DNA of 63,420 nt, filler included, from Polymyxa betae A26-41 (Eukaryota; Protista; Endomyxa: Phytomyxea), in the NCBI GenBank assembly GCA_003693705.1. It is 6 parts of 6 records of this genome, joined end to end, with 100 filler letters (N's around TTAATTAATTAA, not from the genome) between each part and the next. Parts side by side here need not be neighbours in the genome. Positions count along the whole stretch, not along the records: positions 1 to 6,876 come from RBZT01000365.1; positions 6,977 to 31,591 come from RBZT01000304.1; 4 more parts are not named here. One strand, given 5' to 3'. The notes below the pieces were generated by a model. That model worked only from the letters and a program-made list of their open reading frames with translations. It was not told where the DNA came from and searched no databases. Below are positions 1-13,437 of this stretch, piece by piece. Positions within the stretch are counted from its first letter, which is position 1, and each line of letters begins with the position of its first letter. The translations under genes and the position numbers were made by a program.

Positions 1-54
1 GGTGTCACATCTACTGTGATCATGTAAGCTTAATTGAGGCGCGAACACAGCAGG

Positions 55-3000
55 TTATAGGTTAGGGTTTCCGGGGTTCCACTCGAGAGACTTGGAGTTG
101 TCGGGTTTTAAGCTGGCGGAGTCCGAGACGGGCAAAGATACCGAAGAACCTTCGTCCTTCAGAATTTCATCATCAGCTTCGGCAGTCGCGGCCGTACTGC
201 ATCCGGGTTCGGAAATTGGCAAAGAGGGAGTGCATTCAGATTCAAGATCGAGATCAACTTGTGTGATTTCCGTGACTGGAGATGAAGATCCATCTTCTAC
301 TGTAGGTCCTGTAACAGAATTGGTAACGGAACAATCTGGAAAACCGGAAAGTTTGCAAACGTTCGAATCGAAAAAGAAGCAAGTTTTTATACTGTTTACA
401 GAACAATCAAGACAAGGAGTTAACATGAAGAAAAAGTTTCTCTGGTTTTTACCTGAAGCAGAATCTGGTTTCTGTGTCTTGGGTATAGCAGAACGCCCTA
501 TAATGTCCAAACATTAGATGGTGTGTAGAACTAGAGGGGAATACTGGACCTTGGGACCGATTGCAGCGGGGTTTTTTCCGGGCTTCTGAATGACGTTAAT
601 GAACCCAAAGAGCAATAAAGTAGATCTCCAACCTGATTGCTTTTTCTTGATCTGATTCTTAGAGAGACGTTCCGCAGGTTTCGAAGATACGCTGGAAACT
701 GGAGACTCGGTCTCGACATTTCCAATGTTGCTGTTGATATCTAGTTTGTAGGCAGCAGTTTCAGAAACAGCAGCATCAGTATTGAGGATGTTGTGAGGGC
801 CGGAATACTGTTCGACGCCAAGATCGACCATATCTTGATACGAGATGTCCGGCATAGTTTTAGCTAAATCCTCCGGCGAGATTTCACCTGAGTCCTCCGG
901 CACACGTTCAGCAGGATTCTCCGGCATCGTTTCAGCTAGATCCTGCGGCATAGTTTCAGCAGCGACCAGATCAGCATTATCACGTTCATTGATCGTAGTA
1001 TTGCCAGACGTTGTATAATCTGTTGAATGAGACATCTCCAGAACAATTGAAGGTTCATAGATCCGAGTCTCTGGGTCTTCAGGGAATGAATTCCAAGAAT
1101 CACAGACAGTAGAATCTTCAACTTCAATAAAAGGCTCAGCGGAGCTCGGTGACAATCTCATAGCATTGTTCAAATCAGGATTTGATTTGACGATGCTGTC
1201 CATCAAATTTGTCAATGATAAGTCTTCAGACATATAAGAGAAATGGTTGAATCCAGTCTGTGCAGATTCATCAGAGCAGGTAGACGGGTTACAATCGTTA
1301 ATGACATTGGCATTCGCGATCGTGCTGTTAATGAAATCTGATGAGGAGAAATAACTGAAAGAGTTGGATTCCGTCTGTGCAGATTCATCGGAACTGGAAG
1401 ACGGGTTAAATGGTTCAGAGTCACGTTCTGCCGGAATCTTTCCCTGAAAGTCTTCTATCAGATACTAACTGACAATATTAAAGATAGTTCAACAAACCTG
1501 CAAAGAATTGGATGGAGATAACTGCGAGTTGATCGAATCATCTAAAAAGACATAGTTCAGATATTACAAAAGGCTTTCGTGGAAATTCCGACCCAGTTCT
1601 GTGAACATTCTGCGGCTTTCGATATCACGAATGTGTCGTGTCTGATTTGAAAATTTCCTTCGAAGATCAGCCAATACTGAATCCAGTCGCTCGTGTAACA
1701 GCTCCAAGATCTGCCAAGCATTCCATTCATTGAATATGGACATGTTTGATGCAAGATCGAACAGCATATTGTTGGCATCCTTCAGTAACGTGAACATGGT
1801 ATTGGAACATCGATCATGAAGAACGTTATTCAAGATGGTCGAAAATCCCTGAATATCGCAGCGAATATTGAATAGAGTTGTAGCGATATCACGACCTGGC
1901 TCCATAACAGATATCGCTCTACGGCAGTAATGTTGATAACCTTGTACGAGATCATCATATTGAAGTTGTGACCAGAGATTCATCTCCATATCATCCCATA
2001 CATGATTGAATATACATTGCTGCTCAGATTCAGTACCAAGACAATGGGTAATCTGTTCACCTAATCCAGAGCAAAGCCCTAACCGTCACGTAATCAGTAA
2101 CATAATGAAAAAGTCGCCTCACATTCTTCACCTGAGCGAAATGTCCACTCGGCAATCCCACGATCCTAGTAAGGGCTGGTTAGATCAACAAATGACAGCA
2201 CAGGTAACATTACAGGTTGGGCCAGTGTTACAGCTACAGTAGAGAGAATGATCACCATTGACCGGGTCATCGGCGAATTTCCAGAGAGTGATCTCGTGAT
2301 TAATTCAACACCCAAAAGTGCCGCCAGTGCGCAGAAACAGCGCATACTAAATTCTGCGCCCGTGAAAGTATAGAGGTCGCACAACTCTAATTTTCCAATC
2401 GAGGCTGGTAACCGCTCAACATCCGGTAACTGCCATACTACTATAGAACCTGGTTGAAGTGCGGGCGATCAACTTTTTGCGCCATTCTTTATTTTTTCCT
2501 TTTGTCTTTCAGGAGGTCGCCGACTGTATCAGATTGGACTCCTTTGAGGTCACCAAACCTCAGTTCGCAACAATCTGCGCTCGGAGCCGATTTAGGAACT
2601 GCGTGACTGCATCTGATGAATATTCTCCTGCAGTTTGATGGAATATGGGGCCTTCCTTATGAGGCTCGGCGACGGAGTCCGTACGGACTCCGGAGGCCAC
2701 GCTGGAGATGATGGATTTCTACCTGGAATGATATACAGACTAAATCATGTTTCCATCACTGTATTCGTTTTGAGTAGATCTTGAAGATCGCGAGTCCGAG
2801 GAATCGCTACAGAGACCTCATTGAAAAATAAGTAATAAACCTGTCAATCCGGAACGAAAACAAGCTATGGATCTCTTCGAAGTAGACAGAGTTTGTGCGT
2901 ATTCTGCCTTTGATGCATCAATCCGGGTTTTGATTTGCCTCAAATCGAAAGATGTCTTGCCTCTGATATTGAACCGCTGAATGAGCCAGGCCCAGAACTG

Positions 3001-3589
3001 CCTTTTTATTGCAATTTCGGCTTGGCGTCTGTGACGTATGTTTATCGGGATTCATCATCGCTCGCAATAACGAAGATCCGCGATAGTTCTCCAATGTGTG
3101 GAAGATAACGACGAAGCTGTCGTCGGACGGAACCTGATCCAAACGCGGCTCATTGTTGGTGAACTGCTGACCATCGCGCTTGTGTAATGAATCGTTGCTG
3201 GCGGATCCCATTGATACAAAACCTCATCGGGTTCGTCGCTTTCATCATCGTCTGGAATCGAGTCAGATTCTTCATGTTCAGCTTCATGATGGATCCGCTT
3301 TCGTCCATTGGACGGGCTGGGCGGCTGATTACATCATGAAGTTGTATTGTTGGGTGATACTGCTCGATCAGAGGACATTTGTCTGTCAAGAAATAAGATG
3401 GAGATTTTGCAATTAGGGTTTGTGAACGAACCTCAGACTTGATCTGATTGAAGTTTTTGTTAGGAGTGCTTTATAACGAACCTGAGAGGAAGGCACTAAG
3501 AGGTAGATGCAGCCAGCACAGGCAACAATAGCCAGAAGTATGAACAGACCAAGCGTGATAATTCGCCGATTTCCTGGAGCCCAATTCAT
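55..3589 (-). pseudogene. Large multi-exon, Ser/Asp-rich putative secreted protein gene, disrupted by stops/frameshifts
   Basis: ATG at 3589 gives MNWAPGNRRIITLGLFILLAIVACAGC (signal-like). ORF pieces 1564-1989, 514-1233 and 55-510 are on the same strand; GT-AG intron near 1444-1497; internal DLAETMP-type repeats. No recognisable domain. Confidence 0.5.
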
Positions 3590-4251
3590 AGGGCAGAAAA
3601 GCCTCGAATATTAAAGAGTAATAAAGACGACGCTCGACCCGGGCGGAATTGCCGTCGGTTGCGAGTAATCGGTCGGACGAATCTCAAGGGCAAACCCTAA
3701 TTGTTGAAGGTGCTGATATTCGGTATGTTTGAGTTTTGCAGGCTGTATACTCTGCATTGTTATATGTAAGGTCATAACCCTAACCCTAACCCTACCAGGT
3801 CCAAGACACTTTTCATTCAGTGTGTTTTTTGATCCCGCAAGTTGATGGATCGAGAGAGTGGTTGCTTTCATCGTGATTTTTTTCGAGCACGACCAAGCCC
3901 TAGCATCGTCGTCATCATTAAGAGGTTCTGCTGTCACTTCAATATCTATTTTATAATGGGAATATTCATCTTTAATGATATCCTACAAGGCTACGTCGAT
4001 AACATGCTGTTCTAAATTTCAGATTCAAATCTTTGAGGACACACAGCCGAATGTTGCAAATTACGACAAAATCTCTTTGCTGAGCAAATTCATACACCAA
4101 ACTCGCAAAATGTTATCCAGGATATTCGATATTGCGGACATTCCTATTTATTTAGAGTTGAGAAAACCTCGCAGGCCAATACTCAAAACCCTGCAATAGC
4201 AAATTGGAGTTTATCAGAGCAGAGCCTAATTAGAGAGCATCGCCAAATTCT

Positions 4252-5584
4252 TCAATATATTACATGGAGCAGGGACCATCCAATAAGATCGCGATCTCCG
4301 AACCTTCCAACCGCATAAGAACGGGCAGTGCGGCGATAATCATTGAGAAGGTTCAAATCAATCAGTCCGTTAATTGGCAGCAGCTCACGAACGGCGGCGG
4401 CATTGCCCACCCGTACGGCTTTGTTCAGAATCGGGCTCGGAGATCGAATCGAGGCGAGATCGTGGCGCACGCCGTCCCGGAACGGCGTCTGCAGCAGCGC
4501 GCGTATGAGGTCGTGCTGGCCCTCGACCTCGATCAGGGCGAGGAGGATTTTGTGGATCGACCATCGGGTCCCAAATCGGAAGCTGTCGCAGTTGATGACG
4601 GCGGCGATCACGTCGAAACGTTCCTTCCGGATCAGGTCTTGAATCTGCTCTTCGAGCGTGGAGGCCGCCCCATCAACGAACGGCAAAATCGGCTGCAATT
4701 CGCGGATCGCGATCTCGACGAGCTTCAATTCCCACAGCAGAAAAGGAACGCCGAGAAAGTAAAAATCCCCGACGAGATCGAGGCGTGATTGAATTTTTGG
4801 TTTCGCCAAAAACTTGGAAACGCATTCTCTTATATCAAAGCGATGACCAAGATCGATTTGTCCGAATCGTCCCGGAAGATCAGCAAGAATCTCGTTGCTC
4901 GGAGAATTGTTGATACGAATCTGGATTTCTTGGAGGATTTTCTCAGGAATACTGGCCGAGGGCGCAAGCCGCCCTTCGCAGGAACCAGCGATATGATCTT
5001 GCCCAGAGCCTGTTTCACGGAGATTTCGTGCTTGTGGACGAATTCGGTTTCGCAGATGGAGACGACCCAGCCTGGAATCAATCTGCGAACGGATGGGATC
5101 CGTCCGATTCCGCTCTTCGTGAACAGATCCAGTACGGCGTCCGGGGAATAACGCGCGGCCACCTGCAGACGAATCAAGAAGCGGGCGGCCGCTTCGTCGG
5201 TGAAAATGTCGGCGAGGACGGCGGCCGGACGCGGGAACAGCTGCCGACAGGTCTGGAAGAAGTCGCCATCCTCGGACCTGCGTTCGGTGAGCTCGCGCAG
5301 CCACTCATCATGAGCGCGGCCCCGGACACATTCGTAGCTCCTTTGGCTGACCTGGCGAGCTTCAAGGCCAGTTCGTAACCGAACTCGGCGTGCTCCATGA
5401 TCGGATCAAGCTTCAGATCATGTCCGGGCGACCCGCGGGGCGGGGCCAGTACGACCGGGGCTGCGACGAGGCCGGAACCCGACTCGAGGTTGGCAGGGAC
5501 GCGACCATGGCTGGGTTCGGGGTCGTTCGGGGTGGCGGATGCCGTCACGGACAGTAGAGCAGCGATCACAATGATAATCTTCAT
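4252..5584 (-). CDS. Secreted protein with C-terminal ankyrin-like repeat (two apparent frameshifts)
   Basis: MKIIIVIAALLSVTASATP signal peptide from 5584. GC-rich coding-like sequence passes through three frames. C-terminus ILNKAVRVGNAAAVRELLPINGLIDLNLLNDYRRTARSYA fits the ankyrin pattern. Confidence 0.65.
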
Positions 5585-6162
5585 GATTCCCAAGAACTCG
5601 ACTGGTCGGTGCGGACTTGCGGAGGCCGAGCTCTGACTGATGACAAGTGTCTGGGGAAAACCCTAACCCTAACTGGAGTCAGTTGCTCTTTCCCCGTTCG
5701 CCTTATTCGTAGCTCGACGTAAGCGTTGGATTTCAAATAATCGAAGCCGATGTTCTCATTCATAACATTGCTCTTGACATCCGCCTCTGAATTTATTCAT
5801 TGTATACAGCTCAAGACACCTTAAACAGGAAAGTGTCTCAATTTGGATTCGAAAAGTCCGTAAATTTTTTGTTAAAATTTTTCCTCATCATCGCTAAATG
5901 GGGCAAATTTCCGGACAATCCAGGTCAATGACGGTCTCTTTACTCCTGGGTTTCTTAGAGCCGCTTCCAGCTGCCTCCATCTGCGGTTTCTGGGAGCCAT
6001 GAGTTAAAGTGGGATAGAGATCATCGGCGAGCAGAAAAGAGTCTCACGGGAATCTCTCAAAAAATAACAAAATAAGTTAATTTTTGTAAATTTCCTGCTT
6101 TATTTTGTGTAATTTTGGTAAAATTTATTGGTAAAAAAGAGATAAAACTGTTGTCAATCGGC

Positions 6163-6366
6163 CTACTTCATCTTCTGGACAAGATCAAACTGCTTAGCAT
6201 TCATGATGCCTTCTAATGAAAGGTTTGTATAGAGTCTCGCGATGCCCATCATTCTCCCATCCAGCACCGAGAAATCCGATTCAACTGAGGATGTGTTTGG
6301 GAAAACGCTGAAAAGGGCCCCCGCAAACGATCGAAGAAAGGGAATATTCCTTTCACTATGTCCCAA
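6163..6366 (-). mobile_element. hAT-like transposase C-terminal (dimerisation) remnant
   Basis: LRSFAGALFSVFPNTSSVESDFSVL...LSLEGIMNAKQ fits the P.tsa.vE..FS motif of hAT C-termini. Confidence 0.6.
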
Positions 6367-6876
6367 TTCGGTTTGATAGGCTGTAAAAAGCTCTATCTGC
6401 TCCGAGGTAATTTGATTTCAAGACGTTTGAAAATCGGTTACGGTATCTTTGCAGCAAAAGTTCAAAATCTCTTCCGCGGAGCTTATCTATATATGCATGC
6501 AAGACGGATGGATGTTTTCTTCGATTAGCCGGTTCTGAGAATCGAGCAATGTACAGATTCGGCTAGTGTTCTATCAAAATTTCGGGTTAATTTTAGCATT
6601 TTTCAGTTGTATTTTCCTTGATTTTGGTATTTATAATTGATTATTACCAAATCTTAACCGGCCTGAGCTATTGGACTACATAATTAACCTTTGAATTGGC
6701 AAAATTGTATCTGAATATGACAGAGCATCTCAAAGGTTGCTGCTGTATAAAAAAGCCAACTTGATTCCAGTTAGGGCTCCGAGCGGGTCGGGTACTACCG
6801 AAGTATCGGTGTCCGGATCGGGTATCGGTAGGGTATCGGTGCTGGGGCGGTACCTATTGGAGACCGAGCTGAGCTC

Positions 6877-6976
6877 NNNNNNNNNNNNNNNNNNNNNNNN
6901 NNNNNNNNNNNNNNNNNNNNTTAATTAATTAANNNNNNNNNNNNNNNNNNNNNNNNNNNNNNNNNNNNNNNNNNNN
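6877..6976. other. Artificial contig linker N44-TTAATTAATTAA-N44 (also 31592-31691, 36225-36324, 52624-52723, 61526-61625)
   Basis: Identical 100-nt spacer with stops in all six frames, present five times. Confidence 0.97.
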
Positions 6977-7756
6977 CCACCGTTTTCGCAGTGAAATATT
7001 TGGAAGTATGAGACATGTACACTTTCTCCCTATCAGAATTCAGCTTCTGAATGAAGCTCACAGCACTTGAACAACTGGCATGGCACGACTGTAGTTGTCG
7101 TTGCAGTGGTTTATTGATTGGATTTCATAAACTGCAGAATTCATTTTATTTATGAACGGATCACTAGGCTGTATAAACCCTATACAAAATTGAGTTATTA
7201 TGGAATAACGCGACGGCAAGCAGCTGAGCGTAATTTTACATGCACCAGTGTAGAACTGATGACGTATAATGGTTTTTGTGTTAGCAAGATGATTCGCCGC
7301 CATTGCGAACCGACAGACAGCAGGCTGCGCATCTGTCGACAGACAGAAGTAGTTTCCCCTATAAAAGGAAGTCGACAGAGGATGGTCAGGCGGAATTGAG
7401 CCACACAAATATTTTCAAAAGGATATCGATCATAAACAATCGACCGTCATGGAGGGATCGGCCTCTCGTTTGGGCTGCGCAGGAGCGTCATCTTCAAAGT
7501 TCATAGAGTGTGGCCTCTTCATGAAGGCTCCGCCACTCTCTGTCCCTGACCTAAGGTTTTTGGGTTGTTCGCGGCAGCTGTTCTTCTCAGATTTCCTTCT
7601 TTTCACCTCAGGATGACATCAATGGATCATGATGGATTTAAAACTGAAGCCCTGTTTTCACTAATGTGTCTATGCCGCTGCTGGTCACAACCGCAGCTGT
7701 CTGGTCATGATGAGCGCTGCCTATGCAGGAAAGCAATCTAACAATAAATAATGTGT

Positions 7757-8914
7757 TCATGGATCTGTATTCTTTAGATCAAAGTAATGTTGTGCGATTG
7801 CCCTATAAAGGAATGCATGATCACTATCTACAGGACCGAACGTGATCTTGGTACAGCCCAGATTCTGGAACTCCATATCGGTTTCATCTTCATCCCAATT
7901 TTCGATCAGATAGCCCGCTACATCTTGGAACCACTTCACCATCTCGGGATCTGTAATATGCAATTTCGGCCAATTCATTACTAATGGAACTTGACGTGAT
8001 GCATAAGCAGCGGAAACCCAGAGCGGCCACTTGTAAGTTGAAGCTGATTTCGCGATATCCGCAAAGTGCCCCGATTCGATCTTATACAGCAGTGGATTAA
8101 AGGCATATTCGGTGAGATTTTTTGAAATAACTTTCTTCAGGGCTTCTAATGTCTTGGGAAGTGAATATTGTTGACAGTATAGAGCCACGAGCAAAACATT
8201 TTCCTCTGTGAATTTGACAGAGCTGAGAACCCTATCACAGATTGAGAGCAGGCATGGCGATATCATGAAATCGGCAATCTGGGCGATTGCGAATAATTCT
8301 TCGACCCTGTTTTTACTGAATTTATGAAGCCCATACGCTGCTTTCAGATAGATCTCGAACCAGGAGGCTTTGTTAGGGGCGCTGCTGTCACCGAACCCTT
8401 CAGGCATTTGTATATCGGGCAGATCGACAATAACAATACAGCTGGAATCTGCACGCTCACTATCATCAGATTCTGCATCTTCAGGCCATTGAACGAAACG
8501 TTCCAGATATTTGCTCAGGGGTAACATAACAGCTCGACAGCAATAGAAGGTGGTCTCATCGACTATCAGCTTCATGTCACTGAATCGGGCCTGGTTGAAC
8601 ATGGCCTGTACGGCTCTGGTGCTGAATTTAATGGTCGCTGGACTGCAATTGGGCTGTGATGCAGAGGTCTCCATCTGGAAGAAGATTCAAATTCAGCAAA
8701 AATCAAAAGACGAGATCAATCGACCCGGGTCAGGGTGAAAAGTCCGTACGCAATTGTATTTTTCTGTCACTGCGCAATCCTGCTTTTTCCAAAACAGCTT
8801 TGCATTGTGGATCGTGAGAGCAACTAAAGAACTGTCGCATGAGCTCTCCTCAAAAGCAGCTGAAAGATGAATGAAAAGAGAGATAAAGAAAATGCATTCT
8901 GATATATCTTTCAT
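7757..8914 (-). CDS. BTB/POZ-domain protein copy A, with upstream signal-peptide-like exon (exons 8914-8750, 8674-7757)
   Basis: FSDMKLIVDETTFYCCRAVMLPLSKYLERF is a BTB N-terminus; ELFAIAQIADF...L..ICD is the BTB C-terminal helix; BACK-like helices follow. Phase-0 intron 8749-8675 (GTACGG...TTCCAG) joins MKDISECIFFISLFIHLSAA in frame. Confidence 0.85.
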
Positions 8915-9129
8915 TGCTTAAAGGATTGGAGGCTATCACAAAATTCTCTAAATTCGTTTTCGAAATGTCACACTATTGATGGCAGCGTGAACTGTGGTGA
9001 ATTTGGCGTTGTTTTTTTTCGATTTTGATTTGGGCGAAGTATTTTATAAATTATGCACATACAGTTAGTATATAGTCAAAGAAGCTTGGTTTTTTGTTTG
9101 ATTTTCAAAAAAATTTCGTTTTTTGTAAA

Positions 9130-10023
9130 TCAACGAGTTAATTTGGCTTTCGCAGACTGCCTGAGTTCGTGGTAACGTTCGGCGATGGCTCGATACAGGA
9201 ACGCGTCCGCGCTCTGTTCGGAATCGAAAGAAATCCTGAAAAGTGGAAGATTCCCCATTTGGCGGTCCGTGTCTTCTAAAGTCCAACCACGGATCAGATA
9301 GCGTACAACATCTTTGAACCATTCCACCCTCTCCGGGTCCTTGATATGAAACCGTCGAGGCCAATCATTTGTTTTCGGAATTTGACATGATGCATAGAAA
9401 ACAGTAATCCAGAGCGAGAATGTGCCATTTTTAACAATTTCTGCTAAGTGCTCCGGATCAAGTTTATACAGCTGTGGATTGTAAATATATTCTTTAAGAC
9501 GTGGTGACAGAAGTTTCCGCAGATCCTGAAGTGTTTGTGTTTGCGAATATTTCTGACAAAATATTGTCACGCTCAGAAGATGTTGCCCTTCGAACGAGAT
9601 AGAACTGAGCAGATCATCGCACGCTGCCGATATAGAAGGCGATATTAAGAAGTCAGCGATCTGAATGACAGAAAATAGTTCCTCGAGTTTGTCCGTACTT
9701 AGAGAATGAAGTCCATAAACTGCTTTTAAGTAAATCTCGAACCAGAAGGAGTTATTTCGGCCTTCTGTCTGGTAAAATCCGTCCGGAATTTCGATTTTGG
9801 GGAGATCAATGATGACAGTAGAGATGGAATTTTCACATTCAGCACTACCTTCTGGATCCTTCAGAGGCCACTGAGCGAATCGTTCCAGATATTGACTATT
9901 AGGAATCATAATATCTCGACAGCAATAAAAAGGGGTATCATCAACAACTAGTTTCAAATCACTGAACTTCGCCTGGTTGAATATGACCCGGACAACTCGG
10001 GCAAAATTGCAGTTGAAAGTCAT
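9130..10023 (-). CDS. BTB/POZ-domain protein copy B
   Basis: FSDLKLVVDDTPFYCCRDIMIPNSQYLERF; intact ORF. The ATG homologous to the paralogs is at 10023, directly after CAG. Confidence 0.88.
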   Translation of the reverse strand: MTFNCNFARVVRVIFNQAKFSDLKLVVDDTPFYCCRDIMIPNSQYLERFAQWPLKDPEGSAECENSISTVIIDLPKIEIPDGFYQTEGRNNSFWFEIYLKAVYGLHSLSTDKLEELFSVIQIADFLISPSISAACDDLLSSISFEGQHLLSVTIFCQKYSQTQTLQDLRKLLSPRLKEYIYNPQLYKLDPEHLAEIVKNGTFSLWITVFYASCQIPKTNDWPRRFHIKDPERVEWFKDVVRYLIRGWTLEDTDRQMGNLPLFRISFDSEQSADAFLYRAIAERYHELRQSAKAKLTR

Positions 10024-10849
10024 CTGCTGACTCGGGGGAGATAAAGTTTCGGAAGAGTTGATGACTCTTCGCCCAGTATACAAGGCTACCGAAAGAGGAA
10101 GGAAGTGAAAATGGTCGAGATGAGACCAACGGCAACCTTTTTATGAACTTGCTGTCTGTCCACAGGCATCTATCAGGCTTTGCGATTCATCAATGAATTA
10201 CACCAGTCGTCCGAAGTCATCATTGAACAGTCAAACTGAAGTTCGGCCTCCGAGAAAGTGCGCAGAAAAAATAGCGTAACTTGCGGAGAAGTTTCAAGAT
10301 AAGAAAAACGATTGGTTAGAAAGTTTTGCGTATGCTGTCTTCATCATCAGCTGTGACTCGAGATGAATGTGGACATTACTTCTTCGGTTGAGCCAGTTGA
10401 CGTCTAGACGAATGTGACCAGGGCTGCTCGAACTACCCCAGACGTTCCCAGCGCTCTCGGTGTATCATATGCACGTCCTTTTTAGGAATTCTGTCGCTGA
10501 ATGATAGCTTTAACTTATCATTTCATCGTCCAAATTTGACGTTGATCGATAGCGCGTAAGAACAGGCCAAATCAATTATTTTCTAAGAATGGTTGGGAAT
10601 GTGAATCCGGACCGTAAACAGGAGCGAACCCGCAATTTGCGAATTTTTTAAAAACTCAGGATACTGGGACCGACAATCCAGATGGTGATTCGAAACCCGA
10701 ATTACAGGTCGTATTTGTTATGGGGCGTTAGAAAATGCAGTCTTCTGATTATTATCATACTAACTAAAGCTATTCAAGAAAGATGGTAAGCGCTTATTGC
10801 AAACGCTGAATCGAAGCGAGCTCAACGTAAGAGAGGACGGCAACCAGAA

Positions 10850-11170
10850 GATTCGTATCAGAAAGTCTGATTCTATAAGTAATCTCAAATCCCTGTTGAA
10901 CGCTGTCTATCACAGAGTAGCCACACTTTCTTTAAAAAACATGATACAGTTCTGTAGCCGTTGCCCTGGAGCTATTTTCGGCTTTCTGCCTTCGTTGATT
11001 TGCTGCTCGCTTGTTGACCGAGCGTTCTGTACGATCTGTGGCGCCATCATTCCAGAAAGTTCCAGGAACTCATCTATCTTGAACCCAGTAATTGACCGAT
11101 ATAAGATAATTTGCTCTAAAAGGCCGATTGCTGATCGCAATGGATTCAAGCTGAAAATCTCCTTCAAAAT
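10850..11170 (-). mobile_element. Degenerate ISL2EU/Harbinger-type (DDE_Tnp_4) transposase HTH remnant
   Basis: YRSITGFKIDEFLEL...GRKPKIAPGQRLQNCIMFFKE resembles the N-terminal HTH of IS5/Harbinger nucleases. Confidence 0.4.
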
Positions 11171-12423
11171 TTGTATCGGTTTCGTTTAAGAGCAGCTCAG
11201 AAGCTAAACTGCATGCTTGGGCTGCAACCTCTCATTCCTATTGCATCAATAATGCGAATTCAGTTTCAGCTTTCCAGTCCTCTTCATAATCCTCCTGCTT
11301 GGAGCCAGGGTTTTCCGAGAGATCTTCAGACTGATCTGAGTCGGATAACCTGCTCTGAGAGGAACACTCCATTCAACAGTCAGCAGAATGGGCTCTCTGT
11401 AGTTGTTGAGTATGCTAACGTGTAGTTGATCGTATTTTTTTCTACGGAGATTCTTTAAGGACAACTGTAGCATTTCCGTAACTTACGATCGGAATGTTGC
11501 TTTGACTTTAAGGACAGCTCTTGTATTTCCGACATTCTTTCCGCAATTATTCCACTTGAACCAGCCTCTAAGAGCATTATTACCTACAGTAAAGCGACGT
11601 TTCTTAAACAGAATGAATGGAAGCCTCGAAACTTGTGCTGCTGTTTTTCGTCAAAGCAGGTATTATTATACTCGCTGTTTTTGAAGTGGCGGTAAGATAC
11701 GCTCATCATGTATTGTGAATAAGATATTCTGAATGAGTTATCTTGGACTGGCTTATCTAGAAAATTCTCTCCTGATCACCACTTCCACGATCGTGATGTT
11801 TCCACTATCTAGTCACATTTCTGAAGATATCGCGCATGTGCTGTGATTTCTTCAACACGGGTTTACTAAACATGATCCTGTCTAAACAAAGAGCTCTGTA
11901 GATCCGATATTTGGACCCGGAATAAGAAACAGACCCTATTTGTGAGTTGGAGAGAGAAAGAAATCAATCGCTTGGGGTACCCTGGACGTTAATCGGAGTT
12001 TTAAATGCATGAAATTCAGATATCGTTTGGGTACTGCAGATCAAACCAGACACGCCTTGAAGTTCAGACACAGTGAAGGAAATGGAATGTTTCTTCATCA
12101 AAACGAACGCCAAACTTGCTTCATCACAGAATAATCACCTGAGGCGTCTACAAACAGAATTTTTAAAGTAGTAAAGGTGTTCCAAGATCGGCTTCAATTT
12201 GTGCAGATTTGGGAAATTGTGAGACACATTTTTCACAATTGCAAGTATGCGAGGAGTGCGATAATGGACATTGTAAAGCTATTTATTGAAATGAAAGGCA
12301 TTTTGATACCTCTCTCATGGCTTAAATGATCGGTGGCTCGGACAAAATTCTGGAAATCAATTCTTGAATTTGGCGTGGTTTATTCTTCACTGATGCATTA
12401 TGTTGTGAGTCATTTGGTCGAGT

Positions 12424-13317
12424 TTATTTGGCTTTTGCAGACTTCCTGAGCTCGTGGTAACGTTCGGCGATGGCTCGATACAGGAACGCGTCAGCGCTCT
12501 GTTCGGAATCGAAAATAATTGTGAAACGTTGAAGATTTCTCATTTCGGTGTCCGTCCTTTCTAAAGTCCATCCACGGATCACACAGCGAGCAACATCTTT
12601 GAACCATCCCACCCTCTCCGGGTCCTTGATATGAAACCGTCGAGGAAAGTCATCTGATTTCGGAATTTGACATGATGCATAGCAAGCAGAAATCCAGAGC
12701 AGCAAAGTTCTTCGATCGCCATTTTTAACAATATCTGCGAATTGCTCCGGGTCAAGTTTATACAGCTGTGGATTGCAAACATATTCTTTGATACGTCGTG
12801 ACAGACGTTTCCGCAGACCCTGAAGTGTGTTTGTTTGCGAATATTTCTGACAAAATAGGGCCATGCTGAGAAGATGTTTTTCATCAAAGGAAACAGAGCA
12901 GAGCAGGTCGTCGCAAGTGGCCGATACAGAAGGCGATATCATGAATTCAGCGATCTGAATGACAGAAAACAATTCCTCGAGGTTGTCCGTACTGAGAGAA
13001 TGAAGTCCATAAATTACTTTCAGGAAAATCTCGAACCGGAAGGCGTCAATTCGGGGTTCTGTTTGGGAGGATCCATCCGGAATTTCAATTTTGGGGAGGT
13101 CAATGCTGACAGTAGAGATGGAATTTTCACATTCCGCACTACCAACTGGATTCTTCAAAGGCCACTGAGCGAATCGCTCCAGATATTGACTTATAGGAAT
13201 CATAATATCTCGACAGCAATAGAAAGGGGTTTCATCAACAATCAGTTTCAAATCACTGAATTTGGCCTGGTTGAATATGACCTGGACAACTCGGGCAAGA
13301 TTGCAATTGGCAGCCAT
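12424..13317 (-). CDS. BTB/POZ-domain protein copy C
   Basis: Intact 297-aa ORF, colinear with copies B and D. Confidence 0.9.
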   Translation of the reverse strand: MAANCNLARVVQVIFNQAKFSDLKLIVDETPFYCCRDIMIPISQYLERFAQWPLKNPVGSAECENSISTVSIDLPKIEIPDGSSQTEPRIDAFRFEIFLKVIYGLHSLSTDNLEELFSVIQIAEFMISPSVSATCDDLLCSVSFDEKHLLSMALFCQKYSQTNTLQGLRKRLSRRIKEYVCNPQLYKLDPEQFADIVKNGDRRTLLLWISACYASCQIPKSDDFPRRFHIKDPERVGWFKDVARCVIRGWTLERTDTEMRNLQRFTIIFDSEQSADAFLYRAIAERYHELRKSAKAK

Positions 13318-13437
13318 CTGTTGATCCGTGCGAACGATAAAGTTTCGGAAGTGTTGATGCCTTCTTCACCCAGTCTACAGGGCTAGCGGAAGCCGATAGG
13401 AGTGAAAATGGTCGAAGTGAGGCCTTCTGTCCGGGAG

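Noticed and set aside
4264-5378. Long plus-strand ORFs opposite the ankyrin gene (also 12874-13386, 22468-22989, 45171-45551)
   Set aside because: Antisense shadows of real genes.
6921-6932. TTAATTAATTAA palindrome recurring five times
   Set aside because: Always centred in N runs; artificial all-frame-stop linker.
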